From positions 1 to 64,000 of the IMG/VR virus record IMGVR_UViG_3300027282_000088: a stretch of DNA of 64,000 nucleotides; one strand, written 5' to 3'. The notes under the pieces are model-generated. The model searched no databases, was not told where the DNA came from, and saw nothing but the letters and a program-made list of their open reading frames with translations. Both the position numbers and the translations under genes were made by a program. Of the stretch, positions 1-9,948 are shown in pieces (the first letter of the stretch is position 1; each line of letters opens with the position of its first letter). This DNA is from a virus (Duplodnaviria > Caudoviricetes).

Positions 1-2952
1 TTACATCGAAGGGATGCTGACATGTCTAGGCCGTCTACGGCCTCGGTTCCTCGCAGCGTGTTGATAAGCGTTAGGCGCCCGCTTTTCTTGGGCGTTTCCT
101 TCCATCAACCATACAACTTTTTCTCGATTTATGTAATCTGGAAGCTTTGTTCCAATGGTGCCGACTGCAGAATTTAACGCAGAAAGTGATAGGTTAACTA
201 CCCCAGAAAGATCTGCGCCCGAAAAGTCTGTATTTTCAAGATGAGCACCTTCTAGATCAATGGAGCCCTTCACGCGCTCATTGTCGTATATGTTAAGTGC
301 AAAATGACTTCTGGTGCTTGAAGCATCAATATCGCGGAAACTTGCGTTTCTTAGATCGCACCCGCGCATACTGACACCCTCAAACATCGCGTTATCAAAG
401 GTCGACTTTGATAGGTCGCATTCCTTCAAATGTGTACCAATTAAACTTGCTTTTACTCCATCCGTATATTCGAGGCTGGCCCCTTTTAGGTTGGACCCTA
501 TTAATGTGGACCATATGATCGTCGTTGACCTAAGATCGGCACCTTCTAAGTTTGCTCGGCTCAAACTTTGGTTCCAAAGGCGTTGCTCCGCAAGATTGAT
601 CCTGCGGAGGACCTTTACGACTATTTTTTCGTCGGTGAGACCCATTTCGTTGAGAAGTGATTTCGTGCTAAGCCTATCGGTATTTGGCCAATCGATATTC
701 ACGGTCCAAGGTGTATTAAACTCTATGGTACTCCAATCTCCTATCGGGATAGCCGTAGCCAACGAGGAAGTGCATGCCATGAGCGCAGTAATCGCACAAC
801 GATGTCGGAAAACCAGATCGGTCCATTGTGCTTCGGGGGCCATTTTATGAACAGAAAAACCATTACTGAGTGTCCACCCCAGCAATTCAGTCAAAGCATT
901 TTTAGGGCCGAGCGCAGTCTCGGACGTTAACTTCTCACGCGCCTCATCATAAAGAAAATCTATGATCTCAGTTGTCAGTTCACCAGATCCAATAATCTGA
1001 CTCCATCTCTGCTCAACGTCTTCAGCTTCCGCGTCTTCCAATTCTTTTGCAACCTTCAGGGCGTGCGATAACAGACCACGAGCAGCAAGATATTCGCCAA
1101 AGCTCTTATGAATAAATTCGAATCCGCTGTCCGCGTCGCCTTGCCCAGCACGGGTATGAATGTTGAGAGCCACTGATTTAAGGTTTGCCGCAGGAAAGTC
1201 CTTAAATTTCTTTTCACGCCCAAGGTGCAATTTACGAATTTGGCGAAAGTCGTCTTCATCTCCTGTGCGCCCGTTTCCACGCCAAGCAGCAATGCCAAGA
1301 CATTCCATCAGCTCAAAGAATAGCTCCTCATTTACACCCGCGGCGACGAAGTGATCTTTCTCTTTGTTTCGTTCGAATATTTTCTGGAGGATATCCTCAT
1401 AAACAACGTTCTTATTATCAGCCGCTATTTCCCAATCGTCACTACTGTATTTTGAGATCACCAAAAGGTGCAATAGAAGGGGCTCAACATTAAGCTCTCT
1501 CATGCTGTCAGCGGTAACTGCAGCTGGTATTTTCTCTGGATCAAGATCCTTGAGAGTCGCCCATTTCCGCCAATAGGTTGCCCGCTGATCATTACTCATC
1601 AGGCCATCAGGGTCTTCGATTTCATCATCAGCCTGTGAGGGCATCATACATGTTTCGTTAGTCATCTTTGCGATCGGCGCAACGTTGAGCATGTGCTGCA
1701 CCGGAATATTGGAAGCCTTCATTGCGCCTTCACAAGCCAGATTACGACCCAGCACAAGTGCCCGAATAGGGGTGCCATCTGTGTTTAGAGGTGAAAGCAT
1801 TAGTTTAAGGGCAAGCAGAAGTTCTCTGGCGTAGCGCTCCCCGTCTTCTTCTTTAGTTGATAGCTCGTCCAGTCCATCGAAGATGATTAGAATAGGTAAC
1901 TCATCTGTTTTGCGCCAATCCAGGGGACTTCCGGGCAAGCCCGGGCTGCCGTGTTTGCCTGTCGAGGTATCGCGGCGGTCGACATAGCGCGCTATATCAT
2001 CATGTAGTGAGCCAGACAGAACCATGTGCTGAAGCTGTATGAATAGTACGCGATGAACGCCCTGTTCAATCACCTCATGTGCGAAGGCGCGCGCGAAAGA
2101 GGACTTCCCACTTCCCGGCCCCCCGGTAACTACACGGACAGGATCTTGTTGAGCATTTCCAGCCATCCAAGTATGCGTCGCCTTATGTAGCTCAGCTACA
2201 TGTGCGGTCTTACGCTCTGTTTCAGAACCATCCTCTTTTTGGAATTTTTCAATTTGGTGCCAAAAGCACCGAGGCGGCAGGTAGACAGCTTCAAGCGGAA
2301 TGACTTCGGCCTCATCTGGAGAGAATATCGGTGCATCCGTATATTGATGGGAAACCCAATATGCATGGCGTGCCCAATGTCCGTCGCGTCGAGCACTTTC
2401 GCCCCCAAGTCCTGTAAGCCCATCTTCGAGAACCCGAAAATAGCTGGGATCCTCGCAGAGTGTTCGATTTGAACCAGTTCGCAAGGCACGTCTGAAACGT
2501 TCCTCAAGCGTATCGATTTCGAGATCCATACTGGTTGTCGCCTTCAGGAGCATGGCTCCGAGAGCTTGATGCGCTTTATTGAACAGAGGCGAAAGACCTG
2601 GGTTTGTCAGCGTAAGGGCATCAAGCTCTTGTCCATCGAACTGCGCCGCAGTCTCGAGAAATTCACTGACCGCTTCATCTTTCTTCCCTGACAGTGGAGC
2701 TTTGATGCGCTCAGCCTTTAGCACATCACTAACCGCGTAACTGATCGTCTTAAAAGCCCAGATCCAAGCCCGTTGCCCCGGCTCGTCCTGTGCCGTGCCC
2801 GAAAGTGCGCTGAACCCGGATTTCAGATTTGAGAGAACATTCGGAATGTTTGGACCGGCGGGGCTTAGTGCTTCCAGAACCGCCAAGATACCATGAAACC
2901 CTGCGTCTATGTAATTGCGTTTGTTGTTTGGAGGAGTGAGTGGAATGGCCAT
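1..2952 (-). CDS. NACHT-like P-loop NTPase with C-terminal pentapeptide repeats
   Basis: Walker A VVTGGPGSGKSS, Walker B LIIFDGLDEL, pentapeptide repeats (LSRANLEGADLRS...); start at 2952 preferred (AAAGGG RBS) over 3081; AT-richer than phage core. Confidence 0.82.
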   Translation of the reverse strand: MAIPLTPPNNKRNYIDAGFHGILAVLEALSPAGPNIPNVLSNLKSGFSALSGTAQDEPGQRAWIWAFKTISYAVSDVLKAERIKAPLSGKKDEAVSEFLETAAQFDGQELDALTLTNPGLSPLFNKAHQALGAMLLKATTSMDLEIDTLEERFRRALRTGSNRTLCEDPSYFRVLEDGLTGLGGESARRDGHWARHAYWVSHQYTDAPIFSPDEAEVIPLEAVYLPPRCFWHQIEKFQKEDGSETERKTAHVAELHKATHTWMAGNAQQDPVRVVTGGPGSGKSSFARAFAHEVIEQGVHRVLFIQLQHMVLSGSLHDDIARYVDRRDTSTGKHGSPGLPGSPLDWRKTDELPILIIFDGLDELSTKEEDGERYARELLLALKLMLSPLNTDGTPIRALVLGRNLACEGAMKASNIPVQHMLNVAPIAKMTNETCMMPSQADDEIEDPDGLMSNDQRATYWRKWATLKDLDPEKIPAAVTADSMRELNVEPLLLHLLVISKYSSDDWEIAADNKNVVYEDILQKIFERNKEKDHFVAAGVNEELFFELMECLGIAAWRGNGRTGDEDDFRQIRKLHLGREKKFKDFPAANLKSVALNIHTRAGQGDADSGFEFIHKSFGEYLAARGLLSHALKVAKELEDAEAEDVEQRWSQIIGSGELTTEIIDFLYDEAREKLTSETALGPKNALTELLGWTLSNGFSVHKMAPEAQWTDLVFRHRCAITALMACTSSLATAIPIGDWSTIEFNTPWTVNIDWPNTDRLSTKSLLNEMGLTDEKIVVKVLRRINLAEQRLWNQSLSRANLEGADLRSTTIIWSTLIGSNLKGASLEYTDGVKASLIGTHLKECDLSKSTFDNAMFEGVSMRGCDLRNASFRDIDASSTRSHFALNIYDNERVKGSIDLEGAHLENTDFSGADLSGVVNLSLSALNSAVGTIGTKLPDYINREKVVWLMEGNAQEKRAPNAYQHAARNRGRRRPRHVSIPSM

Positions 2953-3107
2953 GTTTAACCCTTTACTTTGGGTCATTGTAGCCGTCGGTGGAATATCGGC
3001 AAGGTCCGGTTTCCGCCCCGGGTGCTGTCGAGGTCCCGGGCGCAGCGAAAGTCGGCTTTCCCGCCCCTGTTGTCGAAGCATCGGTAATATTCATCTTAAC
3101 GAAGCCC

Positions 3108-3794
3108 TCACCACGCATGCGCTGACCACACGATCTCGCCCAGGACGCGCATGCGGTTCATGTCGGGGCCACGGCGGGTTTCGGTCGGGTGGATCGGGTT
3201 GTCGGAGGTCAGCACCATCATCTCGTTGTCGACCAGGTCGAGGCGCTTGACGCGGGCGCTGCCATCGGTGTCGACGAAGGCGTAGACGTGGCGGTTGCGG
3301 ATCGTGGTGCGGCGCTCGTCGATCATGACAAGGTCGCCGTCGTTCAGGGTCGGGGCCATGCTGTCACCCGCAACGGTGAGCAGACACGCCTGCGCAGGTG
3401 AAATACCCCGCTCGCGCAACCAGTTCTGGCGAAAGGCCAGTGCGCCTTGCAGGCTGACATCGCCGTTCAAGGCCCCTGCCCCCGCCGCCAGCCGCGCGTC
3501 AACGCGCGGGATTGCGGCGAAATCTTCGTGGTCGATCTGGGTAGTGTATACAGCCCCCACTTCGCGCGGCGGACCAAAATATAGCTCTAGATCAAGTACT
3601 TCGGCTAGCCGCTCCAGTGAAGCCCAATTGTATCGTTTGTCGCCGTCGCGCTTCATTCGAAAGTTCTTAATCAAAGACGGATGACCGACCGCGAGCCGCG
3701 AGGCTTTCGCGTCTGAATAGCCCTTCTTTTTCAGGGCCTCATCGATCTGGTTAAGAATCACATCCATCTGGTCACGATAGCCAGTAATGGCCAA
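3108..3794 (-). CDS. CI/LexA-like repressor with S24 peptidase domain
   Basis: N-terminal HTH-like region, AG cleavage-like motif (LAAGAG), catalytic GDSM and VKRL; divergent from early operon; start may be 3767. Confidence 0.88.
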   Translation of the reverse strand: MAITGYRDQMDVILNQIDEALKKKGYSDAKASRLAVGHPSLIKNFRMKRDGDKRYNWASLERLAEVLDLELYFGPPREVGAVYTTQIDHEDFAAIPRVDARLAAGAGALNGDVSLQGALAFRQNWLRERGISPAQACLLTVAGDSMAPTLNDGDLVMIDERRTTIRNRHVYAFVDTDGSARVKRLDLVDNEMMVLTSDNPIHPTETRRGPDMNRMRVLGEIVWSAHAW

Positions 3795-3846
3795 TTCGTA
3801 AACATAAAGCTACTACAGGCTTGTATTGCCGGGCTAGTAGTGGCTA
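3778..3846. promoter_or_regulatory. Three 14-bp operator-like repeats in the prophage 1 immunity region
   Basis: TAGCCAGTAATGGC (3778-3791), AAGCTACTACAGGC (3807-3820), reverse-complement TAGCCACTACTAGC (3833-3846). Confidence 0.5.
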
Positions 3847-3856
3847 TACTCTCCTC

Positions 3857-4108
3857 ATGAAACAGAGAGACGCCCTTATAACACTCGCCACCACGCTCGC
3901 CGCGCATCGCGGGGTCACGCACTATGCGATCTCCATGCGCGCCTTGGGTAAGGGCGATTTCTTCAAGAAAATGATCGAGTGCGGCTGGGATTGCCGCACT
4001 GCGACAGCCGAGCGCTTGCTCGCTTGGTTCGACGAGAATTGGGACCGGGACCTCGAATGGCCCCGCGACATCCCCCGTCCATCCGCCAAACAGGAGGATG
4101 CCGCATGA
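3857..4108 (+). CDS. Cro/Ner-like small DNA-binding protein
   Basis: First gene divergent from repressor; helical 83 aa protein. Confidence 0.7.
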   Translation: MKQRDALITLATTLAAHRGVTHYAISMRALGKGDFFKKMIECGWDCRTATAERLLAWFDENWDRDLEWPRDIPRPSAKQEDAA

Positions 4109-4275
4109 GCCCGCGCCCCGACCCCGAAGGCAACCTTCCCCCCGGAAGCGGCTTTGCGATAGCCCTGCTGCTCGCCCTCGTCTTCTGGGCCGTAGTCGCT
4201 GCGGGCCTGTCTGTCGCGGTTCTGCGCCAAGGTGCCGCCCCTGAAACACCCCCTTCAACAGAGGATTTAATGTGA
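4105..4275 (+). CDS. Small membrane protein (early region)
   Basis: One hydrophobic helix; homologue at 42587-42790. Confidence 0.65.
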   Translation: MSPRPDPEGNLPPGSGFAIALLLALVFWAVVAAGLSVAVLRQGAAPETPPSTEDLM

Positions 4276-4487
4276 TGCGGTTATCCGATCTCATTCCCGA
4301 TGCCGGGCAGTTGCAGGCTGAGATCGCGGCCATCCCGCAGGCGCAGCGCGTGGCGCTGGCTTTGCAGTTGGTGCGCGACATCGACGAGCCGTGCTGTGCG
4401 CTGCCGCTGATGCGCCTCAGTCGCTTGGCCGAGGATCATGAGTTGTCGATCCGCAAGGAAGCGTTCGTTCTGGAGCGTGCCCGATGA
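4272..4487 (+). CDS. Hypothetical early protein
   Basis: Overlapping start/stop; near-identical homologue at 42795-43022. Confidence 0.7.
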   Translation: MMRLSDLIPDAGQLQAEIAAIPQAQRVALALQLVRDIDEPCCALPLMRLSRLAEDHELSIRKEAFVLERAR

Positions 4488-4672
4488 TCCGCCGCCTTGC
4501 CCATAAATTTCGTCTCCGCGCGCGTGCTGGCCTGTGCGCTGCGCGGTCACTGCGCCCCGGCTGTGCCCAATCTGCTTGCTCCGGCCGGGGCGTTTTTTCT
4601 GTCATTGGCGATGTAGTGGGGGTTATGGCGCTGTTCGTCCTGCTCTTTGCCGTCGCGAGTTTCGGAGGGTGA
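4484..4672 (+). CDS. Hypothetical early protein, hydrophobic C-terminus
   Basis: Coupled ORF; homologue at 43019-43207. Confidence 0.6.
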   Translation: MIRRLAHKFRLRARAGLCAARSLRPGCAQSACSGRGVFSVIGDVVGVMALFVLLFAVASFGG

Positions 4673-4677
4673 GCGGG

Positions 4678-4938
4678 ATGAGCCTGCATGTGCAAAGATG
4701 GGGCCATGGATACGCCGTTTTCGACGGTAAGGAGCGCTTATCTGGCGCGTTCAGCAACCGCGATATCGCCCTGCGCGCCCAAGACCGGATGGAGAACGAG
4801 ACAGCCAAATCCAAGCACGCCCGTAACCGCCCCTGCCTGACTTGCGGCACCGAGTTCTGGTCAACGGGATTGGGACACCGCATGTGCGGCAACTGCCGCA
4901 CCAATTGCGCCGGGCTCGACGCCCAGATGGTGGGCTAA
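4678..4938 (+). CDS. Small zinc-ribbon protein
   Basis: CLTC...CGNC motifs; homologue at 43212-43475. Confidence 0.7.
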   Translation: MSLHVQRWGHGYAVFDGKERLSGAFSNRDIALRAQDRMENETAKSKHARNRPCLTCGTEFWSTGLGHRMCGNCRTNCAGLDAQMVG

Positions 4939-5774
4939 TGATTGAACACCTGTCCACAATCACCGAATTGCCGATAGACGCGATCAAGGTCGAGGATCGG
5001 TTACGTGACACATCTCCAGACGGCATTGCCAATCTCGTTGAAGCTATAAGGGAAACCGGGTTCAGCGGCAGCATCCGGGTTCGCCGCAAGAAAGATGGAG
5101 ATTATCTCATAGACGGCGCCCACAGGCTTGCCGCGATGAGGGAGCTGGGCAAGACTTCAATTCCTGTCGATTTGGTTCGCTGTAACGACGCAGAAGCGCG
5201 ACTTATGGAGATCGACGGCAACCTCATGGGTCAACCCATGACCGTCCTTGATGACGCCTACTTTTTGGCCACGCGCCGGGAGATGATCCAGAAAATCCAT
5301 CCCGAAATGCGGCAAGGATCAGCTGGGGCTGCAGGACGTTGGATGCAACTGCATTTCAGTGCACTTGCACAAACCATCGCCACAGCTCGGGGCATCAAAA
5401 CCCGCCAAGTCTATAATATAATGGCAGCCGGAGCGTCTCTTTCACGCGAAGAATACGAAGCCCTTAAACACTCGCCGGCCCTCCGTCTGAATGACTTGCT
5501 GGCGCTCAGAAAGATCGTCGGCACAGAGGAGCGCAACTATGTTGTGGAAGCGCTCTCTGAGGGGCTGGTCAAGAATGCGGGGGCAGCACGAAAGGCTTAC
5601 CTTGCAGCACGCGGCGAGGCTCCAGCCCCGGCGAGCGATAAAGACCAGAAGCTGTCGCGCCTACTCGACGCTTGGGACCGCGCGGGCAAGCGCGAGCGCC
5701 GGGCATTCCTCGAGGAACGCGGCGCAGAGGTTGCGGCGTTGTTCGGCGAGCTTGACCAAGGGGATGCGGCATGA
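4938..5774 (+). CDS. ParB/Srx N-terminal domain protein
   Basis: YLIDGAHRLAAMRELG motif; directly upstream of transposase. Confidence 0.82.
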   Translation: MIEHLSTITELPIDAIKVEDRLRDTSPDGIANLVEAIRETGFSGSIRVRRKKDGDYLIDGAHRLAAMRELGKTSIPVDLVRCNDAEARLMEIDGNLMGQPMTVLDDAYFLATRREMIQKIHPEMRQGSAGAAGRWMQLHFSALAQTIATARGIKTRQVYNIMAAGASLSREEYEALKHSPALRLNDLLALRKIVGTEERNYVVEALSEGLVKNAGAARKAYLAARGEAPAPASDKDQKLSRLLDAWDRAGKRERRAFLEERGAEVAALFGELDQGDAA

Positions 5775-7894
5775 CTGGCCCGGCCCCTGCGCAGGAGTGG
5801 TGGAGTGCGGCTGAGCTGGCCGAGGCTGGGTTGCCCGACCTGCCCGGCACCAAGCGCAAGGTCAATCTGTTGGCGCAACGCGAGGGCTGGGCGCGGCACG
5901 CGGGTAAGGTCCGGCGGCGCAAGGGGGCCGGTGGCGGCGTTGAATATCACTGGAGCGTGCTGCCGTTGCGCGCCCGCATGCGACTTAGCGCCGATCTGGT
6001 CAAAGCCCCGGAGGAGAAATCCGGCAAAGACGAGGCGTGGGAACGCTATGCAGCGGCGGGCGACAAGGCCCGCACTGAGGCCGAGGCGCGGCTAGAGGCC
6101 GTTGCCGAGGTCGAATTGTTGGAAGGGGCCGGGTTGACCCGCTCCGCGGCCGTGCGCGAGGTCGCGCACAAGCTGGGACGGTCCGAGAAATCTCTCTGGA
6201 ATTACCTCGGGCAGGTCGAGGGAGCGGCCCCCGCCGACCGGCTGGCTTACCTGATCGACGGGCGCGCAGTGCGGCGTGCTCCCGCCCAACGGGGCGATAT
6301 CGACCCGGCCTTTCTGGCGCTGGTGCGCAGCGATTGGCTGCGCCTGTCGCAACCCTCGCTCACCAGTTGCTATGACCGCGCCGTGCGCGTCTGGACCTCC
6401 GAGCGGCGCAACAGCACCGTGCCTCCCCTTCACCAGGTGCGGCGCTGGATCAAGGCCAACGTCTCGGCACCGACAGAAACCTACCTGCGCAAGGGCGAGG
6501 AGGCACTCCGCCGCCTCTATCCCGCGCAGGTGCGCAGCAAGGCCTTCATGGTCCCGCTCGAATGCGTGCAGGGCGATTACCACAAGTTCGACGTGTTCGT
6601 GCGCTGGCCCGGCATCGACACGCCTGTGCGGCCGCAGATGATGGTCTGGTCGGACGTCTATTCCGGCAAGCTCTTGGCATGGCGTCTGTCGGACACGGCC
6701 AACAGCCACACCGTGCAGCTTGTGACCGGTGACCTGATCCGGACCTATGGCATCCCGCAATCAGTTCTGATCGACAATGGCCGGGAATTTGCCGCCAAGG
6801 CGATGACGGGCGGCACGCCAACCCGGTTTCGGTTCAAGGTCACGGACGAGGATATTCCCGGGCTGCTCCCGCTCTTGGGCGTGCATGTCCACTGGGCCAC
6901 GCCCTATTCCGGGCAATCCAAACCTATCGAGCGCGCCTTTCGCGACCTCTGCGACCGGGTGGCCAAACACCCCGCCTTTGACGGGGCCTATACGGGCAAC
7001 AAGCCAACGGCAAAGCCTGAAGATTACGGCTCCCGCGCCATCCCGCTCGACGAGTTCCGCCTCGTGTTGGAGGAAGAGCTTGCGCATCACAACGCCCGCC
7101 CCGGGCGGCGCAGTGAAGTTGCCATGGGACGGTCGTTCAATGAGGTCTTCAACGAGGGCTATGCGCGCGCCACGATCAAGCGCGCGACCGACGAGCAGCT
7201 GCGCCTCTGGCTCCTGCGGGCCGAGGGAGTGCGGGCCAAGACCAGCAACGGCGCGCTGAAACTCTACGACACGGAATACTGGTCCGAGTGGATGTACCGG
7301 ATCGCAGGGGAAAAGGTGGTAGCGCGGTTCGACGCGGATGATTTGACAGCCGGGCTCGAGGTTTATGATCTGGCGGGCCGGTACCTCGGCCATGCCAAGT
7401 GTCTCAAGGACGCCAAGTTCCGCGACGTTGGGGCCGCACGCGATCACAACCGAAAGCGCAAGACGTGGATGCGTGCGCAGCGCGACGAGGCCAAGGCCGC
7501 GCGCGAGTTGACGGCGGCAGAGGTGGCCGCACGTGTGCGCGCAGCCTCGGGGCTGGCGGCAGACGAACCCCTGCCCGAGGCGCAGGTGCATCAGCTGGTG
7601 ACACCGCATAAGGCCGCCCCAAAACGGCGGCGCGCGCAGAGCGTCGAGGAGATAGAGCGCGAAGCAGCGCTTGAGGCCCGCGTGACGCGCCTAGCTGAGC
7701 ATCGCGCACGCCCCGTTGAGGTCGATGAAGACGATCCCAAGGCCCTGTTTCTGCGTGCCCGCGCTCTTGAGAGCGCGCAGGCGGAAGGCGAGACACTCAC
7801 GCAGGCACAGGCCGATTGGCTGGCCGACTACCAACAGAGTTCCGACTACCGCGCCCAGCTGCGCATGGAGCGCCGCTTCGGTGCCCAAGAGTAA
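5771..7894 (+). CDS. Mu-type DDE transposase A
   Basis: N-terminal Mu HTH (WWSAAELA), GDYHKFD, LIDNGREF, KPIERAF, Mu transposase C-terminal region. Confidence 0.95.
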   Translation: MTGPAPAQEWWSAAELAEAGLPDLPGTKRKVNLLAQREGWARHAGKVRRRKGAGGGVEYHWSVLPLRARMRLSADLVKAPEEKSGKDEAWERYAAAGDKARTEAEARLEAVAEVELLEGAGLTRSAAVREVAHKLGRSEKSLWNYLGQVEGAAPADRLAYLIDGRAVRRAPAQRGDIDPAFLALVRSDWLRLSQPSLTSCYDRAVRVWTSERRNSTVPPLHQVRRWIKANVSAPTETYLRKGEEALRRLYPAQVRSKAFMVPLECVQGDYHKFDVFVRWPGIDTPVRPQMMVWSDVYSGKLLAWRLSDTANSHTVQLVTGDLIRTYGIPQSVLIDNGREFAAKAMTGGTPTRFRFKVTDEDIPGLLPLLGVHVHWATPYSGQSKPIERAFRDLCDRVAKHPAFDGAYTGNKPTAKPEDYGSRAIPLDEFRLVLEEELAHHNARPGRRSEVAMGRSFNEVFNEGYARATIKRATDEQLRLWLLRAEGVRAKTSNGALKLYDTEYWSEWMYRIAGEKVVARFDADDLTAGLEVYDLAGRYLGHAKCLKDAKFRDVGAARDHNRKRKTWMRAQRDEAKAARELTAAEVAARVRAASGLAADEPLPEAQVHQLVTPHKAAPKRRRAQSVEEIEREAALEARVTRLAEHRARPVEVDEDDPKALFLRARALESAQAEGETLTQAQADWLADYQQSSDYRAQLRMERRFGAQE

Positions 7895-7912
7895 CAAGAA
7901 AAGGAGAGCAGC

Positions 7913-8710
7913 ATGACCCCTTCCATTGCGCCCCTGCGAAACGTCGCAGCGCTGATCGGCCTCGTTGAGCGCGTCCAGTCCCGCGCCTTTGGCCTGCCCG
8001 GCATGGCCACGTTCTATGGCCCATCCGGCTGGGGCAAGACGACCGCCGTGACAGTCGCGGCCAATGAATATCAGGCCCATGTTGTCCAGGTCAAAGACTG
8101 CTGGACACCAACCTATCTGGCGCAAGCGATCCTGCGCGAGATCGGCCTGCCATCGCAACGCGGCGTGGCCGCCATGGTCGATGCAATCGGCGCACAGCTT
8201 GCACGCAATGACCGCCCGCTCATCATCGACGACGCGCAATATCTCCTGCGCAAGCGGATGATCGAGCTGGCCCGCGACATTTACGAGAGCTGTCAGGCCC
8301 CGGTCATTCTGGTCGGCGAAGAAAAGCTGCCGCAGGATCTGACCCGCTGGGAGAACATCCACAACCGCCAACTCGCATGGGAACCCGCCCTCGCCTGCAA
8401 CCTGCCGGACGCAGAAAAGCTCGCGCCAATCTACGCGGCTGGTATCGACGTCGGCGCTGACCTGCTCGGAGCCATCGTCGACGCCTCGGGCGGCTCGATC
8501 CGCCGGGTGGCGATCAATCTGGCACGTGCCAAGGAACTGGCCATGGGCCGGGGGCGGCGTCTGGCCGACCTCGAGCTTTGGGGCAACCGGGCCTTCGAGA
8601 CCGGGCAACCTCCTGCGGTGCGCCGTGTCGATGATTTCCGCCTCGCCGCCCCACTCGCCCCCGAAAAGATCGTGCCGCTCGCGGCTGAGAAGAAGGCGGG
8701 CCGGGCATGA
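7913..8710 (+). CDS. Transposition protein B, AAA+ ATPase
   Basis: Walker A GPSGWGKT, Walker B LIIDDAQ; follows transposase. Confidence 0.92.
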   Translation: MTPSIAPLRNVAALIGLVERVQSRAFGLPGMATFYGPSGWGKTTAVTVAANEYQAHVVQVKDCWTPTYLAQAILREIGLPSQRGVAAMVDAIGAQLARNDRPLIIDDAQYLLRKRMIELARDIYESCQAPVILVGEEKLPQDLTRWENIHNRQLAWEPALACNLPDAEKLAPIYAAGIDVGADLLGAIVDASGGSIRRVAINLARAKELAMGRGRRLADLELWGNRAFETGQPPAVRRVDDFRLAAPLAPEKIVPLAAEKKAGRA

Positions 8711-9240
8711 GTGACCTCTTTGATCGCCTTTGGACGCAGGTCCGCGAGCTTGAGGAGTTTGACTGGCAGGCCGTGTCCCGGCTCGGCTGCAGCCGCGAGA
8801 CTGCCGTGCGCTACCTGCGCCACTGGCGGGACGCGGGCAAGATCCGCGTGAGCCGCGTCACCCGCAATGGCAAACGCTGGTATGCCCCCACAGACCGCCC
8901 CCTGCCCGGCCCGCAGCCGGTCTCTGGCGAGGCAACACCCGAGGGCAATATGTGGCGCGCCATGCGCACGCTGCGGCATAGTTTCAGCCCCGTCGATATC
9001 GCAGCCCATGCCAACGCGGGCGGCGTCGCCGTCACCGTCGAGAAGGCGCGCGCCTATTGCCGCCAGCTTCTCGCCTCCGAACATCTGCGCGTGGTCGAAA
9101 TGGCCATTCCCGGTCGCCGCGAAGCGCTCTATCGCTTGGTCGAGGATACCGGCCCGCGCGCGCCCAAACCCGTGCGTCTGGCTGGCATTCTCGATCCCAA
9201 CACCGGCGAATTTGCCCCCGCGAAAGGTGGTGCAGCATGA
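8707..9240 (+). CDS. Winged-helix-like hypothetical protein
   Basis: Coupled to B gene; homologue at 47709-48239. Confidence 0.7.
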   Translation: MSDLFDRLWTQVRELEEFDWQAVSRLGCSRETAVRYLRHWRDAGKIRVSRVTRNGKRWYAPTDRPLPGPQPVSGEATPEGNMWRAMRTLRHSFSPVDIAAHANAGGVAVTVEKARAYCRQLLASEHLRVVEMAIPGRREALYRLVEDTGPRAPKPVRLAGILDPNTGEFAPAKGGAA

Positions 9241-9611
9241 GCGCGCTCGACACGGCCCGGGAATTCTGGGGCGAGGATTTGCCCGATTGGGTGGCCGCCT
9301 TGGCGCGCGCCTGCGACGAGACCAGCCAGAACAAGGTCGCGGTCAAGATGGAGCGCAGCGCGACCCTTGTGTCGAACATCCTGCGCAACCGCTATCCGGC
9401 TGACACCAGCATCGTCGAGGACGTCGTGCGCGGCCATTTCATGCGCGCGGTGGTCGACTGCCCCGCCTTGGGCGAGATCGGCAAACAGGTCTGTCGCAAG
9501 TGGCGATCCAAGGCGGCGCAGTTCGAGAATGTGAATTCGCTTACCGTCACGATGTACCGCGCCTGCAACCGTTGCCCGGTCCATAAGGGGGCCGACGATG
9601 ACGCGGCGTGA
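9237..9611 (+). CDS. HTH / Cys-rich hypothetical protein
   Basis: HTH-like middle, C-terminal Cys cluster; homologue at 48236-48610. Confidence 0.7.
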   Translation: MSALDTAREFWGEDLPDWVAALARACDETSQNKVAVKMERSATLVSNILRNRYPADTSIVEDVVRGHFMRAVVDCPALGEIGKQVCRKWRSKAAQFENVNSLTVTMYRACNRCPVHKGADDDAA

Positions 9612-9948
9612 TGACAGCCTCGATACGCCCGTGTCGGCGCTCGCCGCAGAGGCGGTGCCCGCCCGCGAGATCGCGCGCCGCCTCAGTGTCACGACGTCCC
9701 GCGTCCACAGCGTGCTGCATTACCTGCGCCGCCACGGGGCCCCGTTCCCGCCGGTCCGGCTGGGCAAACCCTGCGGGCGTCAAGGCGCGCAGCTGACCCG
9801 GCTCAACGCCGAAGTCCGTGGCGCGCTCGAGCCGCATGCCCTCGCGCGGGGCGTGCAGACCAAGGCGCTCGCCGTCCGCATTCTCGAGGTCGTGATCCGC
9901 GACAATCTGATCGACGCCATTCTTGACGACAAGGAGACCGACGCATGA
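9598..9948 (+). CDS. HTH-containing hypothetical protein
   Basis: REIARRLSVTTSRV HTH; counterpart at 48597-48944. Confidence 0.65.
   Translation: MTRRDDSLDTPVSALAAEAVPAREIARRLSVTTSRVHSVLHYLRRHGAPFPPVRLGKPCGRQGAQLTRLNAEVRGALEPHALARGVQTKALAVRILEVVIRDNLIDAILDDKETDA

Noticed and set aside
2977-2981. TGTAG as the left end of prophage 1
   Set aside because: The following bases (CCGTCGG...) lack the GT-ACA and AGTTT-CAGT end signature, so the left end is probably outside the window.
2953-3081. N-terminal extension of the NACHT ORF to 3081
   Set aside because: Low-complexity translation and a better RBS before 2952.
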